Shown: in pieces, positions 58,018 through 64,000 of the stretch
Numbering within the stretch: the stretch's first letter is position 1
Layout of the letters: each line of letters starts with the position of its first letter
Virus record (IMG/VR): IMGVR_UViG_3300049484_000177
Span: 1 to 64,000 of that record
DNA: 64,000 nucleotides
Strand: one strand, 5' to 3'
From: a virus
The notes under the pieces: generated by a model
Told to the model about the DNA's origin: nothing
What the model saw: the letters and a program-made list of their open reading frames with translations, nothing else
The model's database searches: none
Translations under genes and position numbers: made by a program

Positions 58018-58432
58018 GGTAGTTGAGAATCTAGTTAACTGCACCACCCTATCTAACGCTAGGGATTTTGTAGGGCGGCCAATAAAGCTAGTTCGCGGTA
58101 TGTATACTGGGTACACTGGCACCATTAGTCATACATTCCTCGCTGACGTTTCTAACGACGAACGGTTGGGTAGGGGTGTCTATCATACCGTGAAACTGGA
58201 TGACTTCCCAATAGTATTGTTTGGCATAACGTGGCTTGACTATCTCAGGGTAGGTAAATGGTAGACTCGAAAAACAAGACTCTGCTATGGCCTCACTGTC
58301 CTGTTTGTGGAATACCGATGTCAGAGTGGTTTACTTGGGGAGGTAAGATGTACTGCTACCCATGTGGTCCACTTAGCCCGAAACGAGGAAAGGTCATTAC
58401 GGAAGATCAAGCAGATTGGAAGGATAGATGTG

Positions 58433-58840
58433 ATGGTAGACTGGAAGAAACTATCTCGTAACATGGACGTTCGGGTCAAAGCAGAGGAGATCAAGAAGCT
58501 CATCGACGAGATGTTTGATGAGGAGAAATTCACCGACGAAGAGAAGCAACGGGCTTGGGGTGTTATACTCAATGAGGTATTCGACCGGGACGATGCAGAT
58601 GAGAAGATGTCGGTTGCTCCTATGTCTTACAATGAGGCAAGGAGGTGGTATCATAATCACATCCTGACCTTTGGAAAGCACAAGGACAAGAAGATAGAAG
58701 ATGTCCCATTTGAATACCTCTCTTGGTTAGCCTGGCAACCTGATTTTCGTAGGGATCTAAATAGATTCCTAGCATCGGAATTCGTCAAGACGCAGCAATA
58801 TCTCAAGGGATCGAAGTCTGTCGAGGAAGATAGTGATTGA
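58433..58840 (+). CDS. Protein with DUF3820-like domain
   Basis: LTFGKHKDKKIEDVPFEYLSWL. Confidence 0.6.
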   Translation: MVDWKKLSRNMDVRVKAEEIKKLIDEMFDEEKFTDEEKQRAWGVILNEVFDRDDADEKMSVAPMSYNEARRWYHNHILTFGKHKDKKIEDVPFEYLSWLAWQPDFRRDLNRFLASEFVKTQQYLKGSKSVEEDSD

Positions 58841-59741
58841 CTCCATTTCGTTGCAGAATTTCCAGACTCATCGTCGATTGCATATCGACCTAGACCCGCA
58901 CATAACAATTGTCGTGGGTCCTAGTGACGTCGGTAAGTCTTCTATCATCCGAGCCCTTAACTACGTTGCCTTCAATTCACCGTCTGGAGATGCCTTCATT
59001 AGAGATGGATCAAAGGGCTGTACTGTAACCATCAGAACTAACGGTCATGTAGTAAAGAGGCGTAGGGGCAAGCAAGTAAACCACTACGAAATAGACGGGC
59101 GTAAGCTAGAGGCCCTTCGCAAGGGTGAGGTTCCCGATGACGTACTAAATGCCTTGCAGCTAGACGAACTGAACATCCAGCATCAGCACGATGCTCCTCT
59201 ATGGTTATCCGAAAGTGCTGGGCAGGTAGCAAAGAATCTCAACGAGATAGTCAACCTGGATCTCATCGACCGTGTACTCACCAGGCTCAGCAGAGCAACC
59301 CGGCAAGTGTCTAGTGAGCTGACTGTTTGTGAGAATCGTCTACTAGCTGCCAAATCTACTGCTAAGGAACTCGAATGGGTTGAACAGGCTATAGCTGACT
59401 ATGAAGCTGTAGAGAGGGCAGAAGCTAAGATACAGGAAGCCCAACAAGAACATACTCAGTTACTCACTATCGTCCAGTCATTAGAAAAGCAGGAAGAAAA
59501 GATAACCAGGCTTGAAGGTATCGTTGAGCCTGCTCAAAAGGACTTAGATGATCTGCAAGAGACGAATAAGCAATGGAATGAACTACAGGATTCAGCCGAG
59601 TCCTTGAGGAATCTGCTACTACAAATAGGACGACTAGAAGGTCAGATGTATGAAGCGGATCGTCAGGGTTCTCTTGTAGACAAGCAACTCAAATCAGTGA
59701 AGACATGCCCTCTATGCCAGCGACCAATAGGGAAGCAATAA
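58833..59741 (+). CDS. SbcC/Rad50-like ATPase, N-terminal half only
   Basis: LQNFQTH, GPSDVGKS, coiled coil ending at the Zn-hook CPLC. Confidence 0.8.
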   Translation: MIDSISLQNFQTHRRLHIDLDPHITIVVGPSDVGKSSIIRALNYVAFNSPSGDAFIRDGSKGCTVTIRTNGHVVKRRRGKQVNHYEIDGRKLEALRKGEVPDDVLNALQLDELNIQHQHDAPLWLSESAGQVAKNLNEIVNLDLIDRVLTRLSRATRQVSSELTVCENRLLAAKSTAKELEWVEQAIADYEAVERAEAKIQEAQQEHTQLLTIVQSLEKQEEKITRLEGIVEPAQKDLDDLQETNKQWNELQDSAESLRNLLLQIGRLEGQMYEADRQGSLVDKQLKSVKTCPLCQRPIGKQ

Positions 59742-60334
59742 ATGAACGCTGAACAGAACCTCATTGAGAACCTCATTCCTCCCCTTGGAGTCTACGGCTA
59801 TTGGTTGATTTTGTACGGGATGTTATTGGACAAAAACGATCCTGAAGTTCGTCGCATCATGGCTGTATATGAAATGTATTACAGGTCACCTGATAGTCCA
59901 ACGGCTGGGATGTTGATGGGAGCTATCGACGTCTATGTTAGGAATCATCCTGACCAGTCTATACCAGCATCGATGGATGAAGGGGAACGACGCCTCAAAC
60001 TACGCAACCAACCAACAGTCGATAAAAAGCTGATAGTCTGAAAGGGACTAACCATGACTAGCAAAGCGCCCCAACAGCCTCCCGATAAACCGAGTCGTCC
60101 ATCGATTCCACCACCTCTACCACCGAGAAAGCCACCAACCCTCGAACAAGCTGGTGTAAACAAAATGGATGAACTCAGAAGGGAGATTCTACTAACAGGA
60201 GTTCGTTGGACCAATAACATCTTGGTGGAGATTTTGTCTAAGCATGCTAGAGCTGTAAGTAATGAGGGGGCTGACTCTCTAGCCAAAGCTATTCAATATC
60301 TAGCAGAAGCAGAGAGAGCCTTTAGAAGAAACAA

Positions 60335-61252
60335 ATGAACCCCAAACCAATAGCCATCTTTTGCTCCGACATTCATTTGTCGGTCAAACCACCGGCTCTA
60401 CGTTTCAATGAGCCAGATTGGTATGAGGCTATGGAACGTCCCATCAAGGAGCTATGCAAACTACAAAGCAAATTGAAGGTCCCTATACTTTGTTGTGGTG
60501 ACGTATTTGATCATTGGCGGAGTCCTCCTGAACTTGTTAACTTCGCTATACAGACATTACCCAAGATGTATGCTATACCTGGACAACACGATCTACCAAA
60601 TCACAGCTACGAAGACATAGAGAGATCGGCCTATTGGACGTTGACCGAGGCAGATATAGTTCGACACATTGAACCTGGCAAGCCAGTTAGACTAGAAGAC
60701 GAAGGGTTAGAATTGTGGGGCTTCCCGTGGGGCTTTAATCCAGAACCTTGTCTATCTGATTGGACACGACGAGGAGAGTCGTCTCTGAAAATAGCCATCG
60801 TTCATCAATACTGTTGGTCTGGCAAACATAAGTACCCCACAGCCCCAGAACAAAATAACGTCCGGTCGTTCAAGCTGACTGGTTACGATGCTGTAGCTTT
60901 CGGTGATAACCACGATGGATTCATTAGAGGTCGTATATGTAATTGTGGGTCTATGATGCGTAGGCATTCACCTGACTTACAACGGCATCCATTCCTATCT
61001 GTCCTTATGAGTGATATGTCATTCAAGCAACATATCCTCGATACCAGTAATGACGTCTACTCTACTGATTCCGAAGATGAAGTAGCAGAAGTAGGTTCGA
61101 TAGACATTGCCAGTTTCACGGATGGTCTGTTAGAATTGAAAGATGCCAGGGACCTGGACTTCGGGAAGGTGTTACAACGTTACTGTCAGAAGATGAAGGT
61201 GAGTAGTAGGGTCATAAGCATAATCAATCAAGCCGTGGATAGTGAACGATGA
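60335..61252 (+). CDS. SbcD/Mre11-like metallophosphoesterase nuclease
   Basis: SDIH, GDVFD, PGQHD, GDNH, NCGS. Confidence 0.85.
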   Translation: MNPKPIAIFCSDIHLSVKPPALRFNEPDWYEAMERPIKELCKLQSKLKVPILCCGDVFDHWRSPPELVNFAIQTLPKMYAIPGQHDLPNHSYEDIERSAYWTLTEADIVRHIEPGKPVRLEDEGLELWGFPWGFNPEPCLSDWTRRGESSLKIAIVHQYCWSGKHKYPTAPEQNNVRSFKLTGYDAVAFGDNHDGFIRGRICNCGSMMRRHSPDLQRHPFLSVLMSDMSFKQHILDTSNDVYSTDSEDEVAEVGSIDIASFTDGLLELKDARDLDFGKVLQRYCQKMKVSSRVISIINQAVDSER

Positions 61253-61494
61253 TCACTGCCAAAGAATTCCTCAAGCTAAAGGATCAGCTAGAGAAACTCA
61301 AGGAGGAGTACCACCAAGCTCAAGGGGCTAGAGACAATCTACTAGCTAGACTGCAATCAGATCACCAATGTAACTCAACGGAAGAAGGTCAAAAGAAGCT
61401 CATGGAACTAGAGGAGCAAATACGGCATCTCTCAAAGAGCAGGGATTCAAAACTGTCCAGGTTTGAAAAGAAGTGGTCAAGTAAATTGAAGTAG
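61249..61494 (+). CDS. Small coiled-coil protein (SbcCD-associated)
   Basis: Heptad pattern; coupled to the SbcD-like gene. Confidence 0.55.
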   Translation: MITAKEFLKLKDQLEKLKEEYHQAQGARDNLLARLQSDHQCNSTEEGQKKLMELEEQIRHLSKSRDSKLSRFEKKWSSKLK

Positions 61495-61748
61495 GAGCCC
61501 TAGCAAATGGCTGATGATATAATCACCAAGGATAATCTACGCAACTGGTACTGTCCCCATTGTAAAGAGTGGTTGGCATCGTGTGATGTCTCAGAGGGGC
61601 AAGGTGTATTTAACCAGCATCGCAAACATATAAAGTGTATGATCACAGCCAACGTAGATGTTGAATGGAGAGTATACCCAATCAACCTACAAACCGGTAA
61701 AGCGTTTTGAGTGTTCTGTTAGTGTTCCAACCCTAGAGGAGTCGTGGC

Positions 61749-62246
61749 ATGATGAGAACATTTGTGTTTGTGGTGGCGGCGTTTCTGCCGTCGGTAGCGT
61801 TCTGTCAGTCTGTAGGCGAAACCTACTCGCGGAGTGCAGCCTACCAAGCCCAACAACGAGCCAGTGATTCCGCTGGAAACGCTCTCCAGTGTAGGCTGAA
61901 GGCGGAGCAGTGGCGGGATTTAGCGGTTCCACCATTTCGGGCGATTGGTGACCTCATTATGTCGGAGGGCGACCAGCTTGTGGATGACGGAGACAACGAG
62001 CGGTCGATGGGAGGTCCAGCGTGTGCGAGTGGTGAGGCGTTCTGGGCGTTAGAGATGTACTCGGATGCAGTACCGCCCTTCAATGAGGCCACACTGGACT
62101 ATGTTGCTGCCGAGGTCGATTACGACTGCGCCGCCGCCAAATACGTCGAGGCGGCTAGGGTATACAGGTCGGTTGCCCTATTCCTGATGGCGGTGGGTAT
62201 GGAGACCGACGAAGTGGGGGTGATATTACCGGCGTGTGCGTGGTGA
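61749..62246 (+). CDS. Putative exported helical protein
   Basis: Signal-like MRTFVFVVAAFLPSVAFC; GAGGAG RBS. Confidence 0.5.
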   Translation: MMRTFVFVVAAFLPSVAFCQSVGETYSRSAAYQAQQRASDSAGNALQCRLKAEQWRDLAVPPFRAIGDLIMSEGDQLVDDGDNERSMGGPACASGEAFWALEMYSDAVPPFNEATLDYVAAEVDYDCAAAKYVEAARVYRSVALFLMAVGMETDEVGVILPACAW

Positions 62247-62845
62247 ACAATGAAAGCAACGAGGTCAGTATGTCCTGGCAATGTGTGTTGCTGCTAGTTG
62301 GTGCCGCAATCTGGCTAAGTTTCTTGGCTGGATGGTACGTGCGAGACAGTCGAACAATGGGAGAGACGACAATGCCGGATGAAGTTCTGACCGTGGGCGA
62401 TCTGGTTGTTGGTATGAATGTGACGGTGCTGGAGTGGGGGCCCCTTACTCAAATTGTCGATGATGTTTCTGTCGTGACTCAGAGTCGCGGTTTATGTGGC
62501 GATGTGTTGGTGGTCAAGGCAATAGACCTGCCGTACATCGTGGTGGAGGAACAAAAGTATTTCGGACGGATTTCCTTGGACACCAGGAAAGCGACGCTGA
62601 TGAAGCTCACCGACGAGTACATGGCGGCCCTGAAACCTGACCAGCCCGCGAAGCGAATGAAACTCACTGATGAGCCTATTTCGCTGGGACCAGAATTGGA
62701 GATGGAATCAACCCCATGACGTTCACCATCAACACACTCTCTGTCCGCGAGGTCCAGCCAGACGGCACGCTGGGGACAGAGTTGCTGGAGTCACCCAGAG
62801 AAGAAGACTTCTGGAAGTGGATCGAACCCGACGAGGAGCAAAGCA

Positions 62846-63148
62846 ATGGCTGACGAACGAACTCCGGGCCAAGTGGCATATGATGTGTTCATGCGTTATG
62901 TACTGGGTGACCTTTCGGAATTTGCGGTACGGGCGCAAGCAACACCCAAGGTGCGCGAGGCGTGGGAGGTCGCTGCGAGGGCGGTCAGAGACAATCAACG
63001 GGTCGAGTGCCGGGAACTGCTGGAGACAGCCGTGAATGCGTTTGAGAGTGGTCACCAGTCGATAGAGGGAACTACCGTCTGGTGTCACGGACAGGTGACT
63101 CGGGATTGGCTGCAAAGGGCGAAGGAGGTGATGGATGGCAACGAATAG
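62846..63148 (+). CDS. Small phage protein (GQVAY family)
   Basis: TPGQVAYDVF..AWEVAARAV; GAGGAG RBS. Confidence 0.55.
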   Translation: MADERTPGQVAYDVFMRYVLGDLSEFAVRAQATPKVREAWEVAARAVRDNQRVECRELLETAVNAFESGHQSIEGTTVWCHGQVTRDWLQRAKEVMDGNE

Positions 63149-63470
63149 TCTACCTGACGGCTGGGAAGCAACGATTGTTGGTCAGCCGTGCATGATGTGC
63201 CGAAGGAAAGATACTGAGATCGAGCAGCTAAGAGAGGAGTTGAAACGCTCAGTCGATAGTCTGAGTATGCTGGACATTGCAGCCCGATCCGATGGGCTGC
63301 TACCGTCCGATTTTAAGGCTGAGATCGAGACGCTGCGAGATGTCATTAGGTTCGCTCTGTCCCACGTCGTTGCGCGAAACGCCGGAACTCTCAACGATCC
63401 GTTTTCCTATCTCTGGCAGAAAGACTGGGATGAGTTTGAGCGAATGGCGAAGGAGGTGACTGGTGAGTGA
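63135..63470 (+). CDS. Hypothetical protein
   Basis: AGGAGG RBS; overlapping gene packing. Confidence 0.5.
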   Translation: MATNSLPDGWEATIVGQPCMMCRRKDTEIEQLREELKRSVDSLSMLDIAARSDGLLPSDFKAEIETLRDVIRFALSHVVARNAGTLNDPFSYLWQKDWDEFERMAKEVTGE

Positions 63471-64000
63471 ACTGACTTGCCCACACTGCGGAATACCGAT
63501 TGAATCGGAGCGGGACATCATCACGTGCCCACGATGTGGTCGCGAAGGATGCGACGTTGCGAGAGGGTGTATGCCAGCGGGAAGGAATTGCCTATGCCCG
63601 GAATGTGAAGAAGGAGAGGGAGGTGACGAAAATGAGTGAGCTAGCGTCGGTATGGTCTCAGAAGTTGGAGATCAGACGACTGAAAAAGAAGCTCGACGAG
63701 TACGAGCAGGCGACACGCGTAGCCTATTTAGAACCCTGCGGCGACGAACGGCATTGTGCGTGCGTACCGCTACTACGAGTCGAGATAGATCGCCTGCGGC
63801 ATGAGAACGAGTATCTGCAGGGTGACGAGTACGGCGCGGCGCTGAAGGTGACCGCAGAGGCTCTTGACACAGAGCGGAAGCGTTTGGATTGGATCTTTGA
63901 GTGGTGCATCATCGATCCTGGAGAGGAGCACTATACGCCAGAAAATCGTGAGCAGATCGACGAGCTGATGGCGACCAGTGGGCCAGACCAGGGGACCGTC

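Overview
This window is part of a tailed dsDNA bacteriophage (Caudoviricetes-like) genome with two divergent arms. The minus-strand arm (1-30936) is morphogenesis: TerS, a TerL split by an HNH gene, a DUF1073-like portal, a ~15 kb cargo region, a DUF2213-like prohead protease/scaffold, a decoration protein, the major capsid, head-completion proteins, a putative lysis block and a LamG virion protein. The plus-strand arm (31.4-64 kb) is replication and nucleotide metabolism: ThyX, SNF2 helicase, primase, an initiator with internal iterons, DnaB, clamp and clamp loader, a split family-A polymerase whose UDG domain carries an intein, three DNA methyltransferases, SSB, RecA-like, FEN, RuvC-like, SbcCD, CsrA and tRNAs. 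The standout feature lies at 11.2-26 kb. Five head-region proteins, including the portal and the MuF minor head protein, are punctuated by 14 copies of a 16-aa motif, N-[VAT]-F-C-x-[TR]-G-x-G-G-G-x-D-P-[ST]-C. Each copy precedes a different module: ADP-ribosyltransferase-like x3, papain/transglutaminase-like x3, zincin x2, HD hydrolase, GNAT, type IB topoisomerase and three unknown modules; an Acb1-like 2H phosphoesterase is also embedded without its own motif copy. I infer tagged polyproteins that are cut after Asn by the prohead protease and packaged into the head as an anti-defence or host-takeover cocktail. All family assignments come from motif recognition by eye; no database searches were run.
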